Assembly: GCA_913041415.1 (NCBI GenBank) | Contig: CAJWHS010000003.1 | Coordinates: 603-64,602 of the forward strand | DNA length: 64,000 nt | Direction: 5' to 3' | Origin: an uncultured Acidimicrobiaceae bacterium | Lineage (GTDB): Bacteria > Actinomycetota > Acidimicrobiia > Acidimicrobiales > Aldehydirespiratoraceae | Shown here: positions 1 to 10,108 of the stretch, in pieces | How positions within the stretch are numbered: the stretch's first letter is position 1 | Layout: each line of letters opens with the position of its first letter | The notes under the pieces: generated by a model | The model's database searches: none | What the model was told of the DNA's origin: nothing | What the model saw: only the letters and a program-made list of their open reading frames with translations | Made by a program: the position numbers and the translations under genes

Positions 1-410
1 AGGTGCACGATCACATTGCGGTTGCGCCAGGCACGCGGCGCCGAAAACGTCGTGCGGTGAAGGCCGGTCGGGTTCTCCGGCGGCGAATACGGAGCCTCGG
101 TGTCGGGCCACGGCATCACGATGTTCGTATAATGAGGCAGATCGCCGGTGTCTTGACGGGTCCAGCAGCCCGGCACATCGATCGTGCGCCAGCGCTCATC
201 CGATGTCGTCGGGTGCATCCATCGAGTGGGTGCGGCAGACGGCGACTCGACCAGGCGGAATCGCCAGGGGCCGTCAAGCGACCGACGCCAGGGCGTGCCG
301 TCACCGTCTCGCGCCGAATCGACATCGGGATACGGCGTCAACGGTGGCCGCGCGGGGAGGCGGTTGACCTCGGTCAGTTCGGGTTGCAGCACATCCACGA
401 CGTCGATCAC
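1..410 (-). CDS. glycoside hydrolase family 2 beta-galactosidase, N-terminal part (partial, continues past left edge)
   Basis: Absent from the ORF track because there is no stop inside the window. My minus-strand translation from GTG at 408-410 reads VIDVVDVLQPELTEVNRLPARPPLTPYPDVDSARDGDGTPWRRSLDGPWRFRLV...WRTIDVPGCWTRQDTGDLPHYTNIVMPWPDTEAPYSPPENPTGLHRTTF. This follows the LacZ N-terminal pattern (NRL..PP, G.WRF, P.YTN..P, ENPTG). The start codon is uncertain. Confidence 0.7.
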   Translation of the reverse strand, partial: MIDVVDVLQPELTEVNRLPARPPLTPYPDVDSARDGDGTPWRRSLDGPWRFRLVESPSAAPTRWMHPTTSDERWRTIDVPGCWTRQDTGDLPHYTNIVMPWPDTEAPYSPPENPTGLHRTTFSAPRAWRNRNVIVH

Positions 411-586
411 GACGCCATGATGGCCCAGCCTCGACCTAGTCGGCTCGGTTGACGGCTCGGTTTGCCAAATCCGTTCGTGCGCAGCGCAACGGAGTAGCTG
501 CTCCGCCAAATTCCTGGCACGCTAACGAGCGTTCACGTTCGCTCTCCCCCAGCGAGGGCAACCAACATCACCCCCGAGGAGGGGCC

Positions 587-1516
587 ATGGGCATTCTCGA
601 CGGAAAGGTCGCGCTGGTCACCGGCGCTGGCCGCGGTATCGGCCGCGAACACGCACTGATGATGGCGTCGGAAGGCGCCAACGTCGTCGTCAACGACCTC
701 GGCGGCGATGCCGCCGGTGGTGGCGCCGACGCCACCCCGGCCCAGGACGTCGTGGCCGAGATCGAGGCCATGGGCGGCGAGGCAGTCGTCAACGGGGGCA
801 ATGTCGCCATCTTCGACGAGGCTGGCGCCATGGTGCAGCAGGCCATCGACACGTTCGGCGACATCAACATCATCGTGAACAATGCTGGCATCCTCCGCGA
901 CCGCATGCTGTTCTCGATGAGCGAGGACGACTGGGATGCCGTCATCGCCGTGCACCTCAAGGGCACCTTCGCTCCGAGCAACCACGCCGCCAAGTACTGG
1001 CGTGAGAAGGCCAAGGCCGGCGAGGACGTCTACGGGCGAATCATCAACACGGCCTCGCCGTCGGGCATCTACGGCAATGTCGGCCAGACTAACTACGGCG
1101 CCGCCAAGGCCGGTATCGCCGCCTTCTCACTCATCGCCGCCCAGGAACTCGCCAAGTACGGCGTCACCGTCAACTGCCTCGCGCCCACCGCGTGGAGCCG
1201 CATGACCGCCGACCTGATGGGTGGCGACAACGCTCCCGACGGGCTTGCCGAGGCCATCAGCCCGCGCTGGATCGCCGTCATCACCAGCTGGCTCGCCTCA
1301 CCCGAGGCGCAGAACGTCACCGGCCGCTGTTTCGACATCCGTGGTGAGAATCTCGGCATCGCCGAGGGCTGGCACCTTGGTCCCGTCGCTAAGCAGACCG
1401 ACGACCCCGCCGACATGGGTCCGGTCGTCGCCGAGCTCATGAGCAAGGCCCGCCTTAACGCCTCGATGGCCGGCACCGACCACGAAGGCCCCGGCTTCCC
1501 GAGCCAGAGCATCTGA
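587..1516 (+). CDS. SDR family oxidoreductase (short-chain dehydrogenase/reductase)
   Basis: ORF 449..1516. The likely start is ATG 587, preceded by gaggagggg. It has the Rossmann motif LVTGAGRGIGRE, NNAG, and a Y..AK catalytic motif (NYGAAKAG). Confidence 0.9.
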   Translation: MGILDGKVALVTGAGRGIGREHALMMASEGANVVVNDLGGDAAGGGADATPAQDVVAEIEAMGGEAVVNGGNVAIFDEAGAMVQQAIDTFGDINIIVNNAGILRDRMLFSMSEDDWDAVIAVHLKGTFAPSNHAAKYWREKAKAGEDVYGRIINTASPSGIYGNVGQTNYGAAKAGIAAFSLIAAQELAKYGVTVNCLAPTAWSRMTADLMGGDNAPDGLAEAISPRWIAVITSWLASPEAQNVTGRCFDIRGENLGIAEGWHLGPVAKQTDDPADMGPVVAELMSKARLNASMAGTDHEGPGFPSQSI

Positions 1517-1546
1517 ACCAGCGCGGCCTGCCGCCAAGGTTTCGAA

Positions 1547-1586
1547 CACGACCCCGGGCACTGCGCCCGGGGTCGTGTCGTTTTTG
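1547..1586 (+). terminator. intrinsic terminator after the SDR gene (possibly bidirectional with msrA)
   Basis: Perfect 12-bp stem cacgaccccggg / cccggggtcgtg with a 7-nt loop, followed by tcgtttttgcg. It lies between convergent genes. Confidence 0.7.
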
Positions 1587-1625
1587 CGACCCGACTCGGT
1601 GAAGCCCTCGAGCCGATGGAGAACG

Positions 1626-2258
1626 TCAGTCGTAGCTGACCTGGCAGAAGCCGTGGTTGCAGTAGCCCATCGGATTCCGGTGGAGGTACTGCTGGTGGTA
1701 TTCCTCGGCGAAGTAGAAGGTCGGCGCGTCGACGATCGTGGTCTCGATCTCGCCAAAACCTCGGAAGCTCAACGCGTCCTGGTACTTCCGCTTGCTGGCC
1801 TCGGCGGCCTCCCGTTGCTCTTCGGAGTACACATAGATCTCGCTGCGGTATTGGGTGCCGATATCGTTGCCCTGCCGCATGAATTGGGTGGGGTCGTGGA
1901 CCTCCCAGAAGATCTTCAGCAAGTCGTCGTAGGTGACGACGGCGGGGTCGTGCACGACCCGGACGACCTCGTTGTGGCCGGTCTTGCCGGTGCACACCTC
2001 TTCGTAGAGCGGGTTGGGGGTGTAGCCGCCGGCGTAGCCAACCGCGGTCGTGTGCACGCCTGGGAGCTGCCAGTAGAACCGTTCAGCGCCCCAGAAACAG
2101 CCGAGGCCGAAGACGGCGACCTCGTGGCCCTCGGGCACGGGGCCGTCGAGTGGCGTACCGAGCACAAGGTGGGCGGGCTGGACCAGCACGGCCTCGGAAC
2201 GACCAGGAAGGGCCTGATCGGGCTCTGGCATGGTCTGCTTGTCACGGCCGAAAAACAT
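1626..2258 (-). CDS. msrA: peptide-methionine (S)-S-oxide reductase
   Basis: 210 aa with the active-site motif GLGCFWGAE and the MsrA-typical HDPTQ..RQG.D.G.QYRS. Confidence 0.95.
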   Translation of the reverse strand: MFFGRDKQTMPEPDQALPGRSEAVLVQPAHLVLGTPLDGPVPEGHEVAVFGLGCFWGAERFYWQLPGVHTTAVGYAGGYTPNPLYEEVCTGKTGHNEVVRVVHDPAVVTYDDLLKIFWEVHDPTQFMRQGNDIGTQYRSEIYVYSEEQREAAEASKRKYQDALSFRGFGEIETTIVDAPTFYFAEEYHQQYLHRNPMGYCNHGFCQVSYD

Positions 2259-2351
2259 TCGGGCCTCCTTCGGCGGGGGATGTAGTGACTGTACGCAGGA
2301 CAGAACGCTTGCACGAATGGCGCCGTTTCCGACAAACCAGAAACGGCACGG

Positions 2352-4877
2352 TCAGGGATCGAGACGGACATCACCGGAAACCGTGACATCCTCCACTGCC
2401 GAGAACTCGCGCGACGAGCGCCCCACCCAGACCCGGTAGGTGCCGGCGTCGACGTACCAGCCAGCCTGCTCGCGATGAGCCACGCCACCACCAGCGGGCA
2501 CGAGCGAGTTCGCCGAAAGTTCGCCGTACGCCGGATCGCCGGGATCGAAATAGGCGAACACCCGGGGCGGCAGGTCGATCTCGACCTCGGCCGCCGCACC
2601 GGGATCCAGCGTGACCTTTGCGAACCCCTTGAGTTCGCGCACCGGTCGGATCGGGTGAGAATTCGTCGGTTCGACGTAGACCTGCACGACTTCGCTCCCG
2701 CGACGGGCGCCGGTGTTGGTCACCGGCACTCGCACGGTGAGACCCTCGCCAGCGTCGATCGCGTCAGGAACCTCCGGAGCACCGAACCCGAAGGTCGAGT
2801 ATCCGAGTCCCTCGCCGAACGCGACCACAGGCTCGATCCTCATCGCGTCATGCCAACGGTGACCGCAGAAAATGCCCTCACCATACCGGGTCACGCTGTT
2901 CTCCCCCGGATAGTTCGGGTAGGCGGCGAAGTGTTCGTAGCGTGCACTGACCGTGGTGGGGGCACGGCCGCCCGGCTCGAGGTCGCCGACGAGCATGTCG
3001 ACGACCGCTTCACCCAGTTCCTGCCCGCCGAATCCAACACTCAACACAGCAGCCGGTTCGTCAAGCCAATCAAGGCTGTGTGGCGAGCCGACGTTCAGGA
3101 CTACGACCGTGCGCGGATTCGCGGCAGCCACGGCTCGGATCAGCGCAGGTTGACCGCCGGGAAGTTCCCACAGATCCCGATCGCGACCCTCCGTCTCCCA
3201 GTCGTCATTGGTCCCGACGACGACGACAGCAACGTCGCACTGCGCGGCCAAGGCAGCGGCCTCGCCGACGAGATCGCGTTCTACGATGGCCTTGCCACCG
3301 ACGATCACGCCTGCCAGCAGGATTGCACCCTCATTGGTGAACTCGATCTCGACGGTGACGGCCTCGCCGGCTTCGAGGTCGATGTCGGCCGACATCTCGA
3401 TCGATCCGAAGCCGAAGAAGGAATCGCCGCGCTCGATATCGGGGGCGCTGGCGTCGATGAAGGTCTCGCCGTTCACCCGCAGAACCGCACGACCGGACTC
3501 GGTGAGGGTGAAGCGATGGGCGCCAGAGACCTCGGGGACGATCGTCGCCGCGACGCGCGCACTCCAGCGTTCAGACTCGACCCCAGGGGAAGGCGAGCCG
3601 AAAGCGAGCAGACGGGTGTTGGGTTGCTCGGTGACGGCGACGACGTCGCCCTCGAACGTCCATCCTTCGAAGAACTCGATACGAGCAACACCGTCGAGCA
3701 GTGGTCGGGTGATCGGCGGAACTGCGCGGTCGATATCGGCGCCGCGGGCGTAGCGGATGTCGAGATCGGGGAAACGATCCATCAGCGCGTCAAGTGGCGG
3801 GGTGTCGTGGTAGGGCCGGACCTTGGCTGAGCCCCCACCCATCACCCGGGCATGCATCGCGCTGGGGCCGACCACGGCGATCGAGCCGAGCGTTGACGGG
3901 TCGAGTGGGAGCACACCGTCGTTTCGGTAGAGCACCGAACCGGCGGCGGCGGCGCGACGGTTGAGGGCGCGGTCCTCGGGCCGGTCAAGGGGCTTCTCCG
4001 GTTCGCCGCCGACACCGTCGAAAACGCCGGTGCGCTCCATCAGGAGGAGTAGGTCGTCGACCAACACGTCGACGTCCGTCTCATCGATCTCGCCCGACTC
4101 GAGCGCCTCGGCGAGCGCCTGACCATAGAAGCGACCGTGGCCGGGCATCTCGAGGGTCAAACGTGCCGCCACCGAACCTGCCGTCGAGCCGTTGGCGAAC
4201 CAGTCGGTGACGACGAACCCGTCGAAGCCCCACTCCTTGCGCAACACCGTGTTCAACAGCCAGGGATCTTCGGAGCAGTACACCCCGTTCAAGCGGTTGT
4301 AGGCCGTCATGATCCCCCACGCGCCGCCCTCCTTCACCGCAATCTCGAACGGCAGGAGGGCGACCTCGCGCAGGGTGCGTTCATCCATCTGCGAGTCGAT
4401 CGTGTTGCGCTCGAACTCAGAATCGTTGCCGACGAAGTGCTTGGCGGTCACTGCGACCCCATGTGACTGCACGCCCCGAATGAACCCAGCGGCGATCTTG
4501 CCGGAGAGCAGTGGATCCTCGCTGTAGCACTCGAAGTTCCGGCCACCCTTCGGTGAGCGATGGAGGTTGATGGTCGGGGCGAGGAGCACATGGGACGACT
4601 TCATCCTCGACTCCTCACCGAGGAGCGCGCCGAGTTCCTGCACCAGATCCGGATCCCAGGTCGCGCCGAGCGCAGCACCCGACGGAATGCACGCCGTCGG
4701 GGTGCCGGTACCGAGAAGGCCGTCGCCACGGGCGCCATTCGGGCCGTCGGTGACCTTCAACGCCGGGATGCTGAGACGCTCGATCGCGCCGGTGTGCCAC
4801 ATGTCGACTCCGGCAACGAAGTGGGCCTTCTCCTCCGGGGTCATCTGGGCGCGAAGCGCCGCGGTCCGTTCACTCAT
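2352..4877 (-). CDS. glycoside hydrolase family 3 beta-glucosidase with PA14-like insertion
   Basis: ORF 2352..4901; the likely start is ATG ending at 4877 (MSERTAAL). It shows the GH3 N-terminal pattern (GPNGARG, KHFVGND, VVTDW nucleophile region), a central roughly 150-aa insert, and a fibronectin-like C-terminus. Confidence 0.9.
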   Translation of the reverse strand: MSERTAALRAQMTPEEKAHFVAGVDMWHTGAIERLSIPALKVTDGPNGARGDGLLGTGTPTACIPSGAALGATWDPDLVQELGALLGEESRMKSSHVLLAPTINLHRSPKGGRNFECYSEDPLLSGKIAAGFIRGVQSHGVAVTAKHFVGNDSEFERNTIDSQMDERTLREVALLPFEIAVKEGGAWGIMTAYNRLNGVYCSEDPWLLNTVLRKEWGFDGFVVTDWFANGSTAGSVAARLTLEMPGHGRFYGQALAEALESGEIDETDVDVLVDDLLLLMERTGVFDGVGGEPEKPLDRPEDRALNRRAAAAGSVLYRNDGVLPLDPSTLGSIAVVGPSAMHARVMGGGSAKVRPYHDTPPLDALMDRFPDLDIRYARGADIDRAVPPITRPLLDGVARIEFFEGWTFEGDVVAVTEQPNTRLLAFGSPSPGVESERWSARVAATIVPEVSGAHRFTLTESGRAVLRVNGETFIDASAPDIERGDSFFGFGSIEMSADIDLEAGEAVTVEIEFTNEGAILLAGVIVGGKAIVERDLVGEAAALAAQCDVAVVVVGTNDDWETEGRDRDLWELPGGQPALIRAVAAANPRTVVVLNVGSPHSLDWLDEPAAVLSVGFGGQELGEAVVDMLVGDLEPGGRAPTTVSARYEHFAAYPNYPGENSVTRYGEGIFCGHRWHDAMRIEPVVAFGEGLGYSTFGFGAPEVPDAIDAGEGLTVRVPVTNTGARRGSEVVQVYVEPTNSHPIRPVRELKGFAKVTLDPGAAAEVEIDLPPRVFAYFDPGDPAYGELSANSLVPAGGGVAHREQAGWYVDAGTYRVWVGRSSREFSAVEDVTVSGDVRLDP

Positions 4878-4957
4878 GCGCGAATCCTCGCACATCCACA
4901 AGGCTGGAAGGATCGCCCGAATCTGACGCCTTGTCAGGTCACCGGTACGATGACTGA

Positions 4958-6700
4958 ATGTTCGACGTAATCATCAAGGGCGGCACGGTTGTCGACGGCA
5001 CCGGCGCCGAAGGGTTCGCTGCCGATATCGGCATCAAGGACGGTCGCGTCGTCGCGATCCGGTCCACCGCCGACGGCGGCGTGACCGAGGAGGCGGCCGA
5101 GACGATCCATGCCTCCGGCCAGATCGTGTGTCCGGGATTCGTCGACCCCCACACCCACTACGACGCCCAGATCTTCTGGGATCCGTACTCGACACCATCG
5201 AACCTCTTCGGGGTCACCTCAATGGTGGCCGGCAACTGTGGTTTCTCGCTCGCGCCACTCGGCGATGCAGCCGACGGCGAGTACCTCAAGCACATGATGA
5301 CCAAGGTCGAGGGCATGGCCCTCGAAGCACTCGAGCAGGGCGTGCCCTGGAACTGGCTGAGCTTCGCCGAGTACCTCGACCGGGTCGAGGAGGGCGGCAC
5401 CGCCATCAATATCGCCTTCATGGTTGGGCACTCTGCGATCCGACGCATGGTGATGAAAGACAACTCTGTCGGTCACGAGGCCACGCCTGAGCAACTGGCC
5501 GAGATGCGGGCCCTTCTCAAGACCTCGATCGAGGCGGGGGGCTTCGGCTTTTCGACCGGGCGTTCATTCACCCACTCCGACGCCGATGGCCAACCCGTGC
5601 CGAGCCGCTGGGCCGCGTGGGAAGAAGTCCTGGAACTGTGCGAGGAGACCTCGCTCCACGAGGGCACGACCCTCGAATGGGTCGCCGACGGGTGCCTCAA
5701 CGGCTTCGACGACGACGAAGTCGAGCTGATGACCAAGATGTCGGTCACCGCCAACCGGCCCATCAACTGGAACGTCCTCACCATCGACTCGGCGCGGCCC
5801 GACGCCTTCCGCAACCAGCTCGACGCATGCGAGAAAGCCAACGAGGCCGGCGCAAAGGTCGTGGCGCTCACGATGCCGATTCTCGTCGGCATGAACATGA
5901 GCCTCGGAACGTTCTGCGCGTTGTTCCAGCTGCCGGGCTGGATGGACTACTTCAACATGGGGATCGACGCCCGGATGGAGAAGTTCCGCGACCCCGAGGT
6001 CGTCACTTGGCTCGAGAACCAGGCCGCGCTGCCCGAGGCCGGCGTGTTCTCCCGCCTCACCGGCTGGGACGACTACATGGTCGGCGACACCTACTCCGAA
6101 GCCAATGAGGGTCTGAAGGGTCGAACGCTCGGCGACATCGCTCGCGAGCGAGGCCAGCGGGCCTTCCACACGATGGTCGAGATCTCCCTCAACGACGACC
6201 TCAAGACCGTCTGGTGGCCGCTGCCAACCGACGACGATGCAGAGTCGTGGCGTCTTCGGGCCCAGGCGTGGGAACACCCCAACGTGATGATCGGCGGTTC
6301 GGACGCCGGCGCCCATCTCGATCGCATGGCCGGAGCGCCGTACACCACCGCATGGCTGGCCGACTGTGTACGAGGCCGTCAGCTCACGTCGATGGAGAAC
6401 GCCGTTCGTCACCTGACTGACGTTCCGGCCCGACTGTTCGGCTTCACCGAGCGAGGCCGTATCGCCGAGGGCTGGCATGCCGACATCGTCGTGTTCGATC
6501 CCGAGACGGTCGGTGCCACCGACGTCGAGCTGATGTTCGATCTCCCCGGCGGCTCGAAGCGGCTTTGGAGCGAGGCCACCGGCATCAGCCGAGTGCTCGT
6601 CAATGGTGTCGTGACCGTTGCCGACGGCACGGCGACCGGTGCAATCGCCGGCAAGGTCATGCGCGCTGGGGTCGACACCGAGACGGTGACGGCGTCCTAG
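4958..6700 (+). CDS. N-acyl-D-amino-acid deacylase (D-aminoacylase) family amidohydrolase
   Basis: 580 aa. N-terminus MFDVIIKGGTVVDGTG...DIGIKDGRVVAI, the metal motif PGFVDPHTHYD, and C-terminal DIVVFDP are typical of this family. Confidence 0.85.
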   Translation: MFDVIIKGGTVVDGTGAEGFAADIGIKDGRVVAIRSTADGGVTEEAAETIHASGQIVCPGFVDPHTHYDAQIFWDPYSTPSNLFGVTSMVAGNCGFSLAPLGDAADGEYLKHMMTKVEGMALEALEQGVPWNWLSFAEYLDRVEEGGTAINIAFMVGHSAIRRMVMKDNSVGHEATPEQLAEMRALLKTSIEAGGFGFSTGRSFTHSDADGQPVPSRWAAWEEVLELCEETSLHEGTTLEWVADGCLNGFDDDEVELMTKMSVTANRPINWNVLTIDSARPDAFRNQLDACEKANEAGAKVVALTMPILVGMNMSLGTFCALFQLPGWMDYFNMGIDARMEKFRDPEVVTWLENQAALPEAGVFSRLTGWDDYMVGDTYSEANEGLKGRTLGDIARERGQRAFHTMVEISLNDDLKTVWWPLPTDDDAESWRLRAQAWEHPNVMIGGSDAGAHLDRMAGAPYTTAWLADCVRGRQLTSMENAVRHLTDVPARLFGFTERGRIAEGWHADIVVFDPETVGATDVELMFDLPGGSKRLWSEATGISRVLVNGVVTVADGTATGAIAGKVMRAGVDTETVTAS

Positions 6701-6735
6701 GCGGCGCCAAGGCGGTGTCGGCCCGGGCGGAGGCG

Positions 6736-7371
6736 TCAGGACCAGGCGTCGACCACGTCGTCAGTCGGCACGACGGTTGCGAGCAGCGAGATCGTATTTT
6801 CCATCACCGACTCGCCGTACTCGACCGGCACACCCACCACTGCGTCACTCGGCACGACGACCTGATAGCCGAGGTCGACCGCTGCGAGCACGAGCCCGAG
6901 AATCCCGATATTGATCGAGTTGCCGACCGCCACGACGGTCCGGATACCGCAGTTGCGCAGAAGTTGATCGAGCTCGGTCGCAACGAAGGGGGTGAGCCCG
7001 TGGGTGCGGGCGACGACGAGATCGCCAGCATCGGCACCCAACTCGGGGATCAGCTCGGTGCCGGGCTGCCCGCTATCGAGCCGGTCACCGTTGAGTTTCT
7101 GGGAGGCGCCTAGGATCCGAGCGTTGGTTGCGGATCCCTTACGGTCGGGGCGGAACTCAGCCGTGCAGTGCACGACGGTGGCACCGGCGGCGCGGGCCGA
7201 GGCACAGATCCGACCGGCGTTGGCCGGCATCGAAACGAGTGCGGCGGCATTTCGGAGGTGTGGAAGGGCTGCGAGATCACCGACTACACCCCGCTGCAGC
7301 TCCATGGTGAGAACCGCCGTCGAGGTGGGGTCGAGGAGCGAACCGAGATCCATCGCAGGAGTTTCGCACAC
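6736..7371 (-). CDS. isochorismatase-family cysteine hydrolase
   Basis: 211 aa with an isochorismatase-like fold signature (VVH...R.D, catalytic Cys region VAVGNSINIGI). The start is uncertain: GTG 7371 or ATG 7353. Confidence 0.75.
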   Translation of the reverse strand: MCETPAMDLGSLLDPTSTAVLTMELQRGVVGDLAALPHLRNAAALVSMPANAGRICASARAAGATVVHCTAEFRPDRKGSATNARILGASQKLNGDRLDSGQPGTELIPELGADAGDLVVARTHGLTPFVATELDQLLRNCGIRTVVAVGNSINIGILGLVLAAVDLGYQVVVPSDAVVGVPVEYGESVMENTISLLATVVPTDDVVDAWS

Positions 7372-7449
7372 AGCGGCTGGATCATCTGACCTGCGGCCGA
7401 CGGGAACGTGAGTCCTCTCGCGCCAGCAACGAGATGGAATTCGGCTGGA

Positions 7450-8685
7450 TCAGATATCGGCCCGGTCAGCCGGTGCCTTGTCGAGTTCGAACGCTGCGTG
7501 CAACACGGAGACGGCCTGCTCGGCCTGATCCTCGCGAACGACGCACGAGATACGAATCGCCGAGGTAGAGATCATCTCGATGTTGATGCCGCTAGTCGAC
7601 AACGTCTCGAACATCGTGGCGGCCACGCCGGGATTGGTCTGCATGCCAGCCCCGGTCAGGCTCACTCGCCCGATCTCGGCGTCAGTCACAACGCCCTTTG
7701 CGCCGATCTCGGCGACGAGCGCATCGACGGTCATCGTCGCCGCCGACACCTCTTCGTGCGGCAAGGTGAAGCTGATGTCGGTAGCGCCGGCGTCGGAGAC
7801 GTTCTGCACGATCATGTCGACGTTGACACCGGCGTCGGCCAGCGAGCGGAACAGCTTGGCGGCAACGCCCGGCTGATCCGGCACACCAGAGACCGTCATC
7901 TTGGCCTCGGAGGTGTCGTGGGTAATGGCGGAGATGATGGCGTTTTCCATGGAAGGCTCCTCGGACACCCAGGTACCGGGCACCCAACTGAAGGCGCTGC
8001 GGACGTGGAGTTTCACGCCGTAGCTTCGGGCGAGCTCGACCGACCGCATGGCCGGCTTCGGGCAGCCGGTGGCGGTCATCTCGAGCAGTTCGTCGAACGA
8101 GATGTGATCCATCTTGCGGGCCTCGGGAACCAGCCGCGGATCAGTGGTGAAGACACCGGGGACATCGGTGTAGAGCTCGCAGGCATCGGCATCGAGCGCA
8201 TGGGCAAGGGCAACGGCCGTGGTGTCGGAGCCGCCTCGACCGAAGAAGGTGACATCGTGATCGGTCGACACGCCTTGACTGCCACCAACGACTGGAACCT
8301 TGCCGGCCACCACCGCGTCGGCGATGCGATGGGCGTTGACCTCGAGAATCTTGGCGTTGCGATGCGTCGTGTCGGTGAGGAAGCCGGCCTGGCTGCCGGT
8401 GAACGACTCGCTCTCAACGCCCAGGTCGGTGAGCGCCATCGCCACAAGCGCGCAGGCTTTGCGTTCACCACCGGTGATGAGCATGTCCATTTCGCGACCA
8501 GGCTTCGACGTACTCACGTCACCGGCGAGACGGAGGAGTTCGTCGGTCTCCTTCCCCATGGCCGACACGACGAGCACGACTTGATTGCCGCGCCTTACAC
8601 AACGGGCGGCGTGGTCGGCGACTTCGCGGATTCGGTCTGGGGTGCCGACGGAGGTCCCGCCGAACTTTTGCACATAGAGCGCCAC
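7450..8685 (-). CDS. lysC: aspartate kinase
   Basis: ORF 7450..8790; the likely start is GTG ending at 8685 (VALYVQKFGGTSV). There is a kinase domain plus two C-terminal ACT domains. An internal in-frame ATG (7948-7950) with a GAGGAG RBS is also present. Confidence 0.95.
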   Translation of the reverse strand: MALYVQKFGGTSVGTPDRIREVADHAARCVRRGNQVVLVVSAMGKETDELLRLAGDVSTSKPGREMDMLITGGERKACALVAMALTDLGVESESFTGSQAGFLTDTTHRNAKILEVNAHRIADAVVAGKVPVVGGSQGVSTDHDVTFFGRGGSDTTAVALAHALDADACELYTDVPGVFTTDPRLVPEARKMDHISFDELLEMTATGCPKPAMRSVELARSYGVKLHVRSAFSWVPGTWVSEEPSMENAIISAITHDTSEAKMTVSGVPDQPGVAAKLFRSLADAGVNVDMIVQNVSDAGATDISFTLPHEEVSAATMTVDALVAEIGAKGVVTDAEIGRVSLTGAGMQTNPGVAATMFETLSTSGINIEMISTSAIRISCVVREDQAEQAVSVLHAAFELDKAPADRADI

Positions 8686-8746
8686 GGCCAAACAGACTAC
8701 CGGCGGCGCCCGCACAGACGACCTGCCGAGGCGTAGGCCCATTTCA

Positions 8747-10108
8747 TCACTGGTCGACGATGGCGCGGCTCTCCCGAGCGACCGCGGCAAAGATCCCCTT
8801 GCTCATGAGGCTGAACTCCTCGTTGCGCCGCTGCTGGTAGATCTCGGCACGAGCGCCGTGCGCGGTGGTTGACTCCGGGTCAGCCTGAACGGCAAGCTCC
8901 ACCACCTGACAGGCGAGACGAAGGTCGCCGGCGGCGGCGAGCTCTGTCGCTCGCGACGTGAGGACGTCGGCCCCGCCTGCCAACGCCGCCATCTCAGCGG
9001 CGAACACAGTTTCGGGGGCCGGTTTAAGGTGGGCCGGATTCTTGTCCCACCAGCCGCCGTAAAGCCGCCACAGATTGCGGACGACGAACTCGGGCTCGTC
9101 GTACACCGGCTGCATCCACGGCTTCACGAGCAGGTCGTCCGGCACGGTGACCTGGTGGATGATGGCGTCGAGCGACTCGCCCGCGTTCATCATTGCAAGT
9201 GTCTCCTCGGTGAGGAGCTCGAGCGCAGCGGCGAGATCGCAGAGCACGGTCGAAACCCGATCAGCGCCGCGAACGACGAGGCCGTGCGCCGGAAGCAGCC
9301 ACTCGGCCTCATAGGTCATCATCTCCCGCAGCGCCTGGGCCCACTCCAACGGATAGCGCTGAACCTTCTGCGGGTTGCCGCAGTTGGGAAACACCCAGGT
9401 GACGAGGTCACCGACACACAACGCCTTGTCGTGGGGCACCCAGGTCCAGAGGTGATCGTCGGTCTCACCCTTCGCATGGCGCGTCTCGAACTCACGACCG
9501 CCGACGCTGAGCGTGTGGCTCGACCCCACCTCGAGATCGGGCCACAGCACGTCGTCAGGCAAAAACTGCGGCACATCGCCAAGCGCCATGTCCTTCACCC
9601 CGCCGACACCGCCGAACTGCCGCATGTTGATGTCGGTGTTGTAGCCGTTCGTGAGTTCGTAGCGACGGAAACGGTCGGCGACGCAGTGATGCCCGACAAC
9701 CCGGATTGGCTCATGGCCACGATCAGCGGCATCGGCCGCCATCGCTCCGCTGCCGCCGACATGGTCGACGTGGCCGTGCGTGTAGATCAGCGTGTGGATG
9801 GGATCATCGGTCCAGCCTCGCACTGCCTCCATCGTGCGGCCTGCCGTGATCTGGCCGGAGGAGTCGAAACACACCAGGCCCTCGTCGGTGCGGAACGAGA
9901 CGATGTTGCTGAACGACTCGACGATCGAAAGATCGTCGTCGAGCACGCTCAGGGTCTGGGTCACGCGGTTGACCTGCTCGTCGTGGACGCCAGCGTCGAT
10001 CACGCGGCTCGACAGCTCGACGGGATCCTCGGTGACGATGGGGAGCTTCTTCTGGAGCTTGCCGATCATGCGGCGACGGTAGCCGTCGTCGGTCGGATCG
10101 AGAATCAC
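8747..10108 (-). CDS. MBL-fold metallo-hydrolase, alkyl-sulfatase-like
   Basis: 453 aa with the metal motif THGHVDHVGG and a helical C-terminal region resembling the alkyl-sulfatase dimerisation domain. No SCP2-like tail is present. Confidence 0.75.
   Translation of the reverse strand: MILDPTDDGYRRRMIGKLQKKLPIVTEDPVELSSRVIDAGVHDEQVNRVTQTLSVLDDDLSIVESFSNIVSFRTDEGLVCFDSSGQITAGRTMEAVRGWTDDPIHTLIYTHGHVDHVGGSGAMAADAADRGHEPIRVVGHHCVADRFRRYELTNGYNTDINMRQFGGVGGVKDMALGDVPQFLPDDVLWPDLEVGSSHTLSVGGREFETRHAKGETDDHLWTWVPHDKALCVGDLVTWVFPNCGNPQKVQRYPLEWAQALREMMTYEAEWLLPAHGLVVRGADRVSTVLCDLAAALELLTEETLAMMNAGESLDAIIHQVTVPDDLLVKPWMQPVYDEPEFVVRNLWRLYGGWWDKNPAHLKPAPETVFAAEMAALAGGADVLTSRATELAAAGDLRLACQVVELAVQADPESTTAHGARAEIYQQRRNEEFSLMSKGIFAAVARESRAIVDQ

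Noticed and set aside
3-452. Plus-strand ORF of 149 aa at the left edge.
   Set aside because: It has Arg-rich off-frame composition. The minus strand, in a different frame, reads as a convincing GH2 beta-galactosidase N-terminus.
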